From Candidatus Hydrogenedens sp. (GTDB lineage Bacteria > Hydrogenedentota > Hydrogenedentia > Hydrogenedentales > Hydrogenedentaceae), in contig JBMFRC010000005.1 of NCBI GenBank assembly GCA_049968235.1, forward strand, positions 1-64,000: a stretch of 64,000 nt of DNA. The letters run 5' to 3'. Positions 17,949 to 27,689 of this stretch are shown here, piece after piece; within the stretch, counting starts at the first letter, position 1, and every line of letters begins with the position of its first letter. The notes beneath the pieces were generated by a model. It saw only the letters and a list, made by a program, of their open reading frames with translations, searched no databases and had not been told where the DNA came from. A program made the translations under genes and the position numbers.

Positions 17949-18809
17949 TTAATCAAAAATGATGGTTCTTCTCCGATAAACCATGATTCGGTCATCCGCA
18001 TGTGCTTTAACAGCCTCCGATAATACCTTTTTTTCTATGTCTCTACCCATAGCAATTAAATCTTCAACACTGTGTGTATGGTTCACATGAATACATTCCT
18101 GATAGATAATCGGACCTTCATCCAAATCTTCTGTTACATAATGGCTTGTTGCCCCGATTAATTTTACTCCCCGCTCATAGGCTTGATGATAGGGTTTGGC
18201 TCCTACAAAAGCAGGTAGGAAACTATGATGCACATTAATAATGTTATTGCGATATTTTTGTACGAAATCAGAACTTAATATCTGCATATAACGTGCTAAT
18301 ACGACAAAATGAATATAGTGATGTTCAAATAGTTCAAGAGTTTGTTTTTCTGCCTGTGCTTTTGTCCCCGGTGTTACAGGTATATAAAAGAAGGGTATTG
18401 AAAAATTCTCTGCTACGGGTTCCAGGTCCGGGTGATTACTAACAATTAAACAAATATCTGCATTGATTTCTCCGTATTTGTGTTTTAAAAATAGGTCATA
18501 TAAGCAATGGTCATATTTGGAAACCATGATAGCCATTCTTTTTCGGTCATCACCGAAAGAAATAGAAGTTTCCATACGGAATTGTTCTGCTAATTCTGCC
18601 AACTCTTTTTGGAATTGTGATTTGGTGACATTCATGTCAGAACAATCAAATTTCACTCGCATAAAGAAACGATTATCAATCTCTTCTTTATGCTGTTGTG
18701 CATGAATAATATTTCCGCCTCGTTCGAATATAAATCGTGCAACATTGTAAACGATACCCGGTACATCTGTGCAATGTAACCGTAGCACAGCGGTTTTACT
18801 ATTCTTCAT
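17949..18809 (-). CDS. purU: formyltetrahydrofolate deformylase PurU (ACT domain + formyltransferase domain)
   Basis: N-terminal ACT-like region, then formyltransferase motifs NHP, HHSFLPAF and SHYVTEDLDEGPII. Length 286 aa. Confidence 0.8.
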   Translation of the reverse strand: MKNSKTAVLRLHCTDVPGIVYNVARFIFERGGNIIHAQQHKEEIDNRFFMRVKFDCSDMNVTKSQFQKELAELAEQFRMETSISFGDDRKRMAIMVSKYDHCLYDLFLKHKYGEINADICLIVSNHPDLEPVAENFSIPFFYIPVTPGTKAQAEKQTLELFEHHYIHFVVLARYMQILSSDFVQKYRNNIINVHHSFLPAFVGAKPYHQAYERGVKLIGATSHYVTEDLDEGPIIYQECIHVNHTHSVEDLIAMGRDIEKKVLSEAVKAHADDRIMVYRRRTIIFD

Positions 18810-18934
18810 CAGTTTGTTCCTTTATGATACGAATATTCCTAAATAATGAATTAATTATAATCAACATGGTTCCTTTATGACTAATTTTCAAGAGTTCTTT
18901 TTCGATTTCGTTTCTTTATTAAATAAAAATGCCT

Positions 18935-20623
18935 TTATACTTTCTTTGCAGGAATAACACAGCGAAAACCAACTGTATTAAGTTTTGATTCCGGGAATAG
19001 TCCCTTGCGTGCTGTGCAGGTAATTCCTTCCGGTCCGGAATTCCAACAGCCACCGCGTAATGTTCTCAGTGGAGGATTGGGAACTGTTTCAGGATGGCTT
19101 CTCGCTATAGGGTAGGGTAGGTAGTAATCTCGTGTCCATTCCATAACATTTCCTGCAAGGTCATAAACACCTTCGGGTGTTTTTCCTTCTTCATGCATGG
19201 TTACAATGGAAGGCATGCCTAAATAATCATTAAAATTGCAATGGATTGTATCGGGTGGTGTATTGCCCCAGGGATATTTCCGATTTTCTTTTCCTCTTGC
19301 GGTGAATTCCCATTCCTTTTCTGAGGGTAACATTTTACCTGCCCATTGTGCATAAGCGTTGGCTTCAAACCATGAAATACCGACAATAGGTTGGTCCGGA
19401 CCGTTCAACATGGGGTCGTACCAATAGCGGGGAAGCGGTGCAGATGTCGCCTCGATATATTTTTTGTATTCTGCAACTGTTACAGGAAAAATATCTATCC
19501 AGAAGGGTTCTACAAATACTTCTTCTTCTGGCGCCTCTTCTGGAACTGCGTTGTTCCCCATAAGAAAATACCCACCCTCGATAAAAACCATATTTTCGGT
19601 AGATATGGCTTTATTCGATTCGGATGAAGTAATAATATGTATGGATTTCTCTTTATAGGAACTTTCAAAACTTTGTTCAAGAGCCATACGGAAATCTCGT
19701 GCCGTTTGCCAACGGTCCTCACGGTCTTCGGCAAGTGCTTTGTTCAGGACATCGTTGATAGATGGTGATATATCATTTCTTGTTTGTAAAAGGGGGACAT
19801 ACTGGTCAACAGGGGAACGTAATGTTAGTAATTCATATAAAATAAGCCCTACGGTATATAAATCAGAGCGTGTATCTGAGGGCCACATCTTCTTTTGCTC
19901 AGGTGAAGCATACGCATAAGTTCCGACAACACTCTGCTGTTGTGAAGGACTGACATTCGCGGTTGCTTGAGATATGGATTCTTCTACTGCAATAGCAAGA
20001 CCAAAATCCAGAACTTTTATCTTTTCTCCCGGCATAACCATAACATTTTCGGGCTTTAAATCACGATGGGTTACCCAACGGTGAGCGTATTCTAATGCCT
20101 GCAGTATTTGCAAGGTAAATTGTATGGCGATTCGTATTGGTAAAAACTGGCGGTCTATCCGTTGCTTTCGTAACATGTTCCGCAGAGATTGTCCTTCTAA
20201 GTATTCCATGCTCAAAAATAAAAACCCTTCGTTTGTATATGCTACATCGTGAACTGCAACAATATTTTCATGTCGTAAACGCCGTGCCAATTGTGCCTCT
20301 TTAATAAATAATTGCCCCGCTTTGGGTGTTTTCAATAAACTGGGATGCAAAAATTTCAACGCTACTACATCATCCAGTAATTCATCACGTGCTTTATACA
20401 CATACCCCATCCCTCCTTTTCCTATGATTCCTTCAATTATATACCGGTCATCAACACGGTCTCCTTCACGAAATTCAATTCGAAGAGATGCATCGTTCCC
20501 CATATTCGGTACCACAATAGGTTGGTGGCAATTAAAACAATAACTCGTTTTCCCTTGCACCACAGCAGGTACCCATATTTTTAAACCACAACTTTTACAT
20601 ATTACAGCAATAATAGGTTGCAT
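18935..20623 (-). CDS. Ser/Thr protein kinase fused to a C-terminal formylglycine-generating-enzyme (FGE-sulfatase) domain, with an N-terminal Zn-ribbon
   Basis: Kinase motifs GKGGMGYVYKA, VALK, HRDLKPEN, DFGLA and SPEQ. The C-terminal region (FIEGGYFLMGNN...RGGCWNS...) is typical of PF03781. N-terminal CKSCG...CFNCHQP. Confidence 0.75.
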   Translation of the reverse strand: MQPIIAVICKSCGLKIWVPAVVQGKTSYCFNCHQPIVVPNMGNDASLRIEFREGDRVDDRYIIEGIIGKGGMGYVYKARDELLDDVVALKFLHPSLLKTPKAGQLFIKEAQLARRLRHENIVAVHDVAYTNEGFLFLSMEYLEGQSLRNMLRKQRIDRQFLPIRIAIQFTLQILQALEYAHRWVTHRDLKPENVMVMPGEKIKVLDFGLAIAVEESISQATANVSPSQQQSVVGTYAYASPEQKKMWPSDTRSDLYTVGLILYELLTLRSPVDQYVPLLQTRNDISPSINDVLNKALAEDREDRWQTARDFRMALEQSFESSYKEKSIHIITSSESNKAISTENMVFIEGGYFLMGNNAVPEEAPEEEVFVEPFWIDIFPVTVAEYKKYIEATSAPLPRYWYDPMLNGPDQPIVGISWFEANAYAQWAGKMLPSEKEWEFTARGKENRKYPWGNTPPDTIHCNFNDYLGMPSIVTMHEEGKTPEGVYDLAGNVMEWTRDYYLPYPIARSHPETVPNPPLRTLRGGCWNSGPEGITCTARKGLFPESKLNTVGFRCVIPAKKV

Positions 20624-20752
20624 TCTGCCTCTTTACTCCACCACGAAAAATAATATTATCTTTACATGAATCGTGTATAATTTATTGTCAGTAATATCTT
20701 ATTATATTTGGAGTATTTTAGTCGAATTTATAAAATCATATAGGAAACCATA

Positions 20753-21661
20753 ATGTGGGAAAAGAGGTTTACTATTCTTTTTGTATTTATTGGATTTTGT
20801 TTTTTTTCTCTATCAAGCAATGCAGTAGAGGTAGTTATACCTTCCGTTTCTGTTAATACGGGAGAATGCTTCGCAATAAATATTAACTTATATAGAGTTG
20901 AAGATGAAGATATTCGTACATCTGTAATTGCTTTTGCGTTTGACCCTTTGAAGATACAAATAGGTTGTAATAATTCGTTAAACTCGGATACTAACGGTGA
21001 ACCCTGGGTATATGACTCAGAAACATCTGACGGAGAACAGCCGATTGTATTAAACAATTCACTATTGAGCATAGGTATAAAATATCGCGTTGCTATATAT
21101 CCACAGGGGGTGATGATTGTAGTCCTCTGGGATGCTTCAGAGGCAATCCCTGCCGGCACATTATTTACAGTTCCATGTAAATTGAAGGATGGCGCCATAT
21201 CCGGGGATAAACTCAACACTCTCCTGATTTCAAAAGATTCGCCAATTTATATCATGAGAACCTTTCCGGATAATCATGTAGAAAACCTAACATTTTATTG
21301 TTCTTTTGCAGATATAAACGCTTTACCTGTAAATTCCACACTTATTTCAGGTTATGTTTATGTAAAGAACGCAACGGATGGAGAACCTGAAGGAGGAGAG
21401 GGCTATCTTGAAGGTGGATTTGAAGGAACTTCAATAGAAGGAACAACAGAGGGTAGTATTGTAGAAGGTATCACAGAAGGAACAAGTTCTGAAGGCATTC
21501 CCGAGGGAAATTCAACAGAAGGGGAAAGACCTATTTGTGGTTGCAGAGAAAGGTACTCTCCAGAACAAAGAAATATGATGTCCTTCTTACAAATTCTAAA
21601 ATTGAATAATATGAATATAGGATTTATGATTGCCCTTGTTGTAATACTTCGTCGATTGTAG
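20753..21661 (+). CDS. secreted protein with an EG-repeat low-complexity linker and a C-terminal hydrophobic+RRL tail
   Basis: Signal peptide. EGGFEGTSIEGTTEGSIVEGITEGTSSEGIPEGNSTEGE repeats, of the same type as in the 868-aa protein. Tail IGFMIALVVILRRL*. Confidence 0.5.
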   Translation: MWEKRFTILFVFIGFCFFSLSSNAVEVVIPSVSVNTGECFAININLYRVEDEDIRTSVIAFAFDPLKIQIGCNNSLNSDTNGEPWVYDSETSDGEQPIVLNNSLLSIGIKYRVAIYPQGVMIVVLWDASEAIPAGTLFTVPCKLKDGAISGDKLNTLLISKDSPIYIMRTFPDNHVENLTFYCSFADINALPVNSTLISGYVYVKNATDGEPEGGEGYLEGGFEGTSIEGTTEGSIVEGITEGTSSEGIPEGNSTEGERPICGCRERYSPEQRNMMSFLQILKLNNMNIGFMIALVVILRRL

Positions 21662-21721
21662 TTAAACTATCTCCAATCTAGAAGCAGGATAGTTAATTTA
21701 TCATTAATAGAAAGGAATAGC

Positions 21722-22540
21722 ATGAGACCTGTTCTTATTCATATTGGTATATTTGAACTTCATTCGTATGTTGTTTTTATGGCATTAGGACTTTTAGTGG
21801 GAGTATCACTTGCCTTGCGAGAGAATAATCGCCTCCCCCAACCTTATCCTGTATCGGGGAAAGTAGGAATCTGGGGGTTAATTGGCGGATTGATTGGAGC
21901 AAATGCTTATTTCATAATTCAATATGAAGGAATTCTACAACTGTATAAAATTATTTTTTTCTGGTCAGGTGGCTATGTGTTTTTTGGCGGTTTCATTGGT
22001 GGAGCCATTGGGGTCTGGCTTTATTTAAGGAAACAAAAAGTTCCTTTTCTTCCTTGTGCGGATATAGGTGCTCCTTATCTTGCTCTGGGGCATGCAATAG
22101 GGAGATTGGGTTGTTTTACAAACGGTTGCTGTTGGGGTGATTTATGTAACGCACCCTGGGGTATTGTATTCCCAAAAGATGATGGGATATATGCGTATCA
22201 CACCACTGAACATTTATTACATGTTGATGATTTGACGCCATTGCCTATTCATCCCACGCAATTATATGAAGTCTTCGGACTTATTATTATCTTTTTCTTA
22301 CTACGTATGATTTACCACAACAAACAATACAATGGACAGGTCCTATTATGGTATTTTTGCCTTTACGGAGCATGGCGATTTTTTGATGAAAATTTCCGCG
22401 GTGATAGTCCCCATGCAACATTTGGTATGACCACTTCTCAGTTGATTGCTTTATCTGCTTGCCTTATCAGTGGATTTATTATCTTTATATTCTATTTGCT
22501 TATAGTACGTAAAAAAGAAAAGTTGTCATCTAATAATTGA
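21722..22540 (+). CDS. lgt: prolipoprotein diacylglyceryl transferase Lgt
   Basis: Multi-TM protein with the Lgt signature GRLGCFTNGCCWG. Length 272 aa. Confidence 0.8.
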   Translation: MRPVLIHIGIFELHSYVVFMALGLLVGVSLALRENNRLPQPYPVSGKVGIWGLIGGLIGANAYFIIQYEGILQLYKIIFFWSGGYVFFGGFIGGAIGVWLYLRKQKVPFLPCADIGAPYLALGHAIGRLGCFTNGCCWGDLCNAPWGIVFPKDDGIYAYHTTEHLLHVDDLTPLPIHPTQLYEVFGLIIIFFLLRMIYHNKQYNGQVLLWYFCLYGAWRFFDENFRGDSPHATFGMTTSQLIALSACLISGFIIFIFYLLIVRKKEKLSSNN

Positions 22541-22550
22541 TGGGCTAAAT

Positions 22551-24881
22551 TTACAAAGATTGCCATTCCAGCATAATTGCAGAAAGAGGAGGTATTTCGA
22601 TAGTAATCGTTCCATCGGTATCCGGTTTTACGGGTATTGGTGAAGTGGTATTGTTGGGTTGATTATATAACATCATATTATCACGGTAATCTTCAGGCAA
22701 ATGTAAAATTGCTTTTTGTGTTTCTGGCAGATAATTAACTAAAAACTGGGCGGAACGATTTTTATATGCCCATCGACAGGTAAGAATAGAACGGAAATGA
22801 ATGATGTCTTTTCTCGGTGTTATCATTGGCACATCTTTATCACCACTATACGGGAATGGTTTTAACATTCTGCCAAAGAAGAGATAGGCATGCCCATTCC
22901 CAGTTCTCCAGAGATTCAGGTTACGAACCAAAGTTAATATCTCCTGCTGGTCAGGCCCTTTATCCCATGGGGCTGAACTCCATTCCCATGCTATTTCCCC
23001 ATTTTTCCGCAGGTTAAGGCTTAACATATCTCCCTGAACGAAAGAGATAGCTACACGCTGGTGCATATTGTAAGTGCTTTTTTCTTCATCAATAAAATGG
23101 CTTGTTCCGTTCTGGTTCCCCATAAAATTGTTTAAATATTCATGGAAAACATAGCCATAAGCAGGGACCGGCACACCAATTGCAAGACTGAGATAAGAAC
23201 GACTGTCATTAAACAAAAGATAAGGAATGAACGGCTCGGCTGAGTTGGCTTCACAGCCGATTAGCATATTGGGATTATGCTGATGAATAAGTTCAAGTAT
23301 TCTACGGTAGAGGTCTTTCATAGATTCTGTTTGCCACAATCCGGGTCCCGGGGGATGCCCATGTGTATGCGAATAACAGCGATAACAATTCCCTCCTAAA
23401 TTCTGGTCAAAATACTGTAAGTAATCAATGTTATATGGAACAATTTTTGCAATTTCATTTACTACGACTTCTTTTACCCATTCATTGGCAGGACACAAGT
23501 CATAGCCAATCCGTTGTGCATGAGGACCTGCACAAATACCGTTCTCCGCAGGCTTACCATCAGGGGCATAAGTAACATATCGCACAATCCGTTTTTCCTG
23601 AAATTCTTTCCTCATATCGTAAGCAGGGTCGGTATTACTGTGAATTGTATACGCCACTCCACTGGCATACAAGCCGATAAGATTCCCCGATTTATGCAAT
23701 TCCTCACAAAAACGAACAAAATCCTGCAAATCGCCATATGGAGGCCAGACATACGGTGGTGCCCATGGAGCACTACCTTCCCAATGCATTAGTAATGCCA
23801 TTACAGGAGATGATAATTCTTCTGCATATTTTTGCAGAATGGGCAAAGCGTTGGTATACGGATAATATTCTGGATTGGGAGTCATTTCTACACCTAAATC
23901 ACGCTGTCCTCTCACGGGATACATGATAATTACCGGCGACTTAAAATACCAATCAGGTATCATCTTGTTTTCTTCCAATTTCGGTGGTTTATACATTGCT
24001 GAATTTTCCCACCAGTTTCGGTATATATCCCCCGCATCATGCCAATCCCCCTGAAACGTTCCTAATACCATCGGATATGGGAGAATATATTCTGTTTCAC
24101 AAACGGGACCGGTAAAAAGACGAAAGTCAAGATAAATACCTCCAGAAGGATGTTTATGAAATTCAACACCTTTAGGTGTTCCTTTGGAGTCATGAGCCGA
24201 AAAATACAAACCTGCACGAGGCGTGTAATATGCCATAAATTGCATCTGGGCAGGCCCAGGATAAGTGCCATTCCAGCCCATTGTCGGATGCTCTATGGGC
24301 TGCCAGCGTAACCAACTTTTTTCACGAAGTTCCGAATCCTCAACGATAACCCCTTCTCCACCCGGCCAAAAAATTCGTGCATCTCCACCGGAATTAGGTA
24401 AGTCATTAGGAACCACAACCACAGGAAAATCTATATGTTCCAACCACAAACCCGTTTCATTCTTTACCTTCATCGTCCAATATGTTAATGATGATTCTAA
24501 AGGACAATTTATAAAAACAGTTACATCTAAAGGTTTTTTGTCCATTTGAAAAAACTCAATTTCAACCTGTATTTCTTTTTTCTCCACATTATCTTTTCGG
24601 GAAAAACGAATTTGAGAGGATTGTAAAGAAGTCAGGTCTATTGCCTCACCATTATCATTACGAAGTCGCAGTTTAAAAAGTTCACGAGGCTGGTCCGATG
24701 AGAAAATTAATTCCTGACCATTACTTTCCAGGGATTTTATTTCTCCGGTAACCTCATCCAATCGCAAAGCATAATGCTCCGTTTTTATCTCATGTATCAT
24801 ATCTGAATATACTCCCTGAAATTGAAATGTAGTAAATAACAAAAATAAAACTGCGCATATAAAAACTCTCGACCATAACAT
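22551..24881 (-). CDS. hypothetical secreted protein (large; glycoside-hydrolase-like?)
   Basis: Signal peptide. 776 aa, W/Y-rich. No assignable catalytic motif. Confidence 0.5.
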   Translation of the reverse strand: MLWSRVFICAVLFLLFTTFQFQGVYSDMIHEIKTEHYALRLDEVTGEIKSLESNGQELIFSSDQPRELFKLRLRNDNGEAIDLTSLQSSQIRFSRKDNVEKKEIQVEIEFFQMDKKPLDVTVFINCPLESSLTYWTMKVKNETGLWLEHIDFPVVVVPNDLPNSGGDARIFWPGGEGVIVEDSELREKSWLRWQPIEHPTMGWNGTYPGPAQMQFMAYYTPRAGLYFSAHDSKGTPKGVEFHKHPSGGIYLDFRLFTGPVCETEYILPYPMVLGTFQGDWHDAGDIYRNWWENSAMYKPPKLEENKMIPDWYFKSPVIIMYPVRGQRDLGVEMTPNPEYYPYTNALPILQKYAEELSSPVMALLMHWEGSAPWAPPYVWPPYGDLQDFVRFCEELHKSGNLIGLYASGVAYTIHSNTDPAYDMRKEFQEKRIVRYVTYAPDGKPAENGICAGPHAQRIGYDLCPANEWVKEVVVNEIAKIVPYNIDYLQYFDQNLGGNCYRCYSHTHGHPPGPGLWQTESMKDLYRRILELIHQHNPNMLIGCEANSAEPFIPYLLFNDSRSYLSLAIGVPVPAYGYVFHEYLNNFMGNQNGTSHFIDEEKSTYNMHQRVAISFVQGDMLSLNLRKNGEIAWEWSSAPWDKGPDQQEILTLVRNLNLWRTGNGHAYLFFGRMLKPFPYSGDKDVPMITPRKDIIHFRSILTCRWAYKNRSAQFLVNYLPETQKAILHLPEDYRDNMMLYNQPNNTTSPIPVKPDTDGTITIEIPPLSAIMLEWQSL

Positions 24882-25237
24882 GAGTTATCTCCTGTGCTGG
24901 TTATTGTTACTTCAATTATTATACTATTTATGCTGATTATCTATTCCATCAGTGTGATAGAGATTAAATGTAATGTATAAAAACATTGTTACAATGATAC
25001 TAACAAAACCTAAATTTCTTCAAACAATCGGCGAAATACATGCAATTTATTCTACAAAACTTCACCAACACACCTTAACAGAATACTAATGTCCCTTAAT
25101 CCCCCAGATATGTACCCTGCCTATATCAAATTTCTGAATTATACAATATATGTAGGATGTAAGATATCTTATATAAATACCTATGGATAAGAGTTAGGAT
25201 AAAAAGATATTAGTAGAAGAGCAAAAAGGAGAAATAT

Positions 25238-25363
25238 ATGTCTGCGATTAAGTATCGCCCGAATGCAAAAACTACCCTGCAAATGCGAACGATGATTAAA
25301 GAATCGAAAGAACCGATGACAGCACTATCAAAAATGAGTAAAAGAATTATAAAAATTTTTTAG
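25238..25363 (+). mobile_element. remnant of an IS481-family transposase N-terminus (41-aa ORF MSAIKYRPNAKTTLQMRTMIKESKEPMTALSKMSKRIIKIF*)
   Basis: Resembles the conserved IS481-family N-terminal HTH region (...HKNAKTT...R..I...v.e...p...vA..fgiS..T.yKW). It is truncated by a stop codon, and no DDE domain follows. Confidence 0.35.
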
Positions 25364-25476
25364 ATTTCTATTCTACAAATTTTTTTGTTTAAATTTGATT
25401 TCTAAATCCAAACTTTTACAGGATATAAGGTAATAAAAGGGGTTAAATTAACTTTTTTTAGGGATAGGATATAGCG

Positions 25477-27381
25477 ATGACAATGAACAGGTTTAGAACT
25501 AAGGTAAGGGTAAGATGTTTGGTGTTTTTTCTTTTTTTGGGTATGTCTTGTATGTGGGTGTTTGGAAGTGATGGGGATGAGGAGACAGGTTTTGTGTTGG
25601 TAAGAAAAGGGAAGCCTGCTTGTTGTATTGTTGTGTCGGAAAATCCGACGCCTTCAGCACGCCTTGCATCGTTGGAATTGAAATATCATATTTTAAAGAT
25701 GACCGGTGTAGAATTACCTATAAAAAATGATACGCAGGTTGTGTCGGGGCGGAAAATACTTGTCGGGGATAGTCATCTTGCTAATGATTTAGGTTTTCGG
25801 TGTTCGGACCTGGCTCCACAGGAATATATTATTGCTTTTCGCCCAGATACGCTTATTCTTTTAGGTCGGGACTGGGAGGATACGGAAGCAAATCGTCATG
25901 AACTGGGCAGACCGATGAGTTGCGGAAATACCCTTGCGGATACGCGTCAGAAAATTGATTACTGGCAAACTGTGGGTATGCCATCGCGTAGTCAGGGGGA
26001 AATGGAATTGCCCGGTGTATATGATGACCAGGGGACATGTTATGCGGTATATCATTTTCTTGAACAGTTTTGTGGCATACGCTGGTATGGTCCGAATGAG
26101 ATAAATATTATTATTCCCACTCAATCCACGCTTATAGTAAAAGGCATGGATATTTGCCGTTCACCTGCGTTGAAATATCGGGACGCTTTATGGTCGGGTT
26201 CCTGGCCTTTTATGCAAAAGCAATGGGGGACGGTATCCCGTTCTGAAGTATTTCTATTCTGGCGACGATTGCGTTTAGGAGGTGAGAAATGGGCAGGGAA
26301 TCATACATTCCATAAACAGACAATTGAGAAGTATTTCACCGACCCGGAATATCAGGCAAAAGGCTCTGGCTCCGGAACACAACTGTGTTATACTCATCCC
26401 AAACTGATACAAGAAGTCTCGCAAATGGCAGATGACTTTTTTGACGGAACTAAGAATGTGCCGGAGGGCTGGAAAGCAGTCGGAAACTATTTCGCTATTG
26501 TCCCTGATGACAATCTGAAATTCTGCCAATGTAACCGCTGTCGGGAATTAATAACCTCCGGTCGCGATATGTGGACAGGACAATTTAGTAGTGGTCGCAT
26601 GAGTAACTATATCTTCTCCTTTATAAATGCGGTGGCAAGGGAATTGCAAAAGACGCATCCGGATAAATATATAACCGCCCTTGCTTATTGGGAATATGCC
26701 TTACCTCCCCGCGGTTTTGATATTGAATCGAATGTTTCAATAGCCCCATGTTTACATACATGCTACTATGCCATTCACAAAGAAATGCGAGAGAACGATA
26801 TGAACCTATACCATGAATGGCTGAAAAAGGCACAGTCGCCTGTTTTCTTATGGAATTATTATCACCATCCGATGGAAGCTGGCTTAGTTGGGGGATTTAA
26901 ATGTTTCCCAAATATCATGGTTCATAAGACAGCACAAATTATGAGGATGTTTATCGAAGATGGAATACGCGGTATTTTTATATGTGGTGAACAGGATATG
27001 TTAGAAGGGTATATCATTGCTAAAATATGGGACGACCCGACACAGGATGTAAATGTAATATTAGATGAGTTTTTTCACCTTTACTTTGGTAATGCCAGCG
27101 AACCTATGAAAATTTTTTACTTACAAATTGAGCAAATTGCATGCAATCCGGAGAACTACCCCAAACCCTATTACAAGCCAAATGGGATTGACTGGAAAAA
27201 TGTAGCGTGGACTACCTTAGGCACAGAAGAACGAATGAAAGAATTAGAAAAACTCATTTCACAGGCACAGTCCTCCGCAAAAACTGATACAGAAAAACAG
27301 AGAGTTCAACAATGGCGGGAAGCACTATGGGAATGGATGCTTAAAGGCAGAGAAAAATATCTTTCACAATTAACTAAATAA
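25477..27381 (+). CDS. hypothetical secreted protein (DUF4838-like / glycoside-hydrolase-like TIM barrel?)
   Basis: Signal peptide. Cys cluster CQCNRC. Length 634 aa. Confidence 0.5.
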   Translation: MTMNRFRTKVRVRCLVFFLFLGMSCMWVFGSDGDEETGFVLVRKGKPACCIVVSENPTPSARLASLELKYHILKMTGVELPIKNDTQVVSGRKILVGDSHLANDLGFRCSDLAPQEYIIAFRPDTLILLGRDWEDTEANRHELGRPMSCGNTLADTRQKIDYWQTVGMPSRSQGEMELPGVYDDQGTCYAVYHFLEQFCGIRWYGPNEINIIIPTQSTLIVKGMDICRSPALKYRDALWSGSWPFMQKQWGTVSRSEVFLFWRRLRLGGEKWAGNHTFHKQTIEKYFTDPEYQAKGSGSGTQLCYTHPKLIQEVSQMADDFFDGTKNVPEGWKAVGNYFAIVPDDNLKFCQCNRCRELITSGRDMWTGQFSSGRMSNYIFSFINAVARELQKTHPDKYITALAYWEYALPPRGFDIESNVSIAPCLHTCYYAIHKEMRENDMNLYHEWLKKAQSPVFLWNYYHHPMEAGLVGGFKCFPNIMVHKTAQIMRMFIEDGIRGIFICGEQDMLEGYIIAKIWDDPTQDVNVILDEFFHLYFGNASEPMKIFYLQIEQIACNPENYPKPYYKPNGIDWKNVAWTTLGTEERMKELEKLISQAQSSAKTDTEKQRVQQWREALWEWMLKGREKYLSQLTK

Positions 27382-27689
27382 TAACTTCCTTAAAACATAA
27401 ATTTTATATAATATTTTCTAAATATATATGTCAAATATTTGACATGTTATTTAAATAATAGATAAAATAATATGAAATAAGCAAAAAATATAATAAAAAA
27501 TTTAGTTTTTATTTAGTTGATAAATATTTATTTGCCATTGACTTAGAATTTTATAAAAAAAAAAAAATAATAATGTAAAATAAGTGTAGTTGTGATATAA
27601 TTAAAACATTAGTTTCATGAGAAGGGAATTGTACCTTTGGTTAATAAAGTTACTCAACAGTGAATCAAAAATTTAAAGGAGCAATATTT

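Noticed and set aside
27382-27689. Extremely AT-rich 300-bp tract with poly(A) upstream of the GLUG/PASTA gene as a possible ncRNA
   Set aside because: No conserved structure or repeat is visible. It is most simply a promoter or UP-element region.
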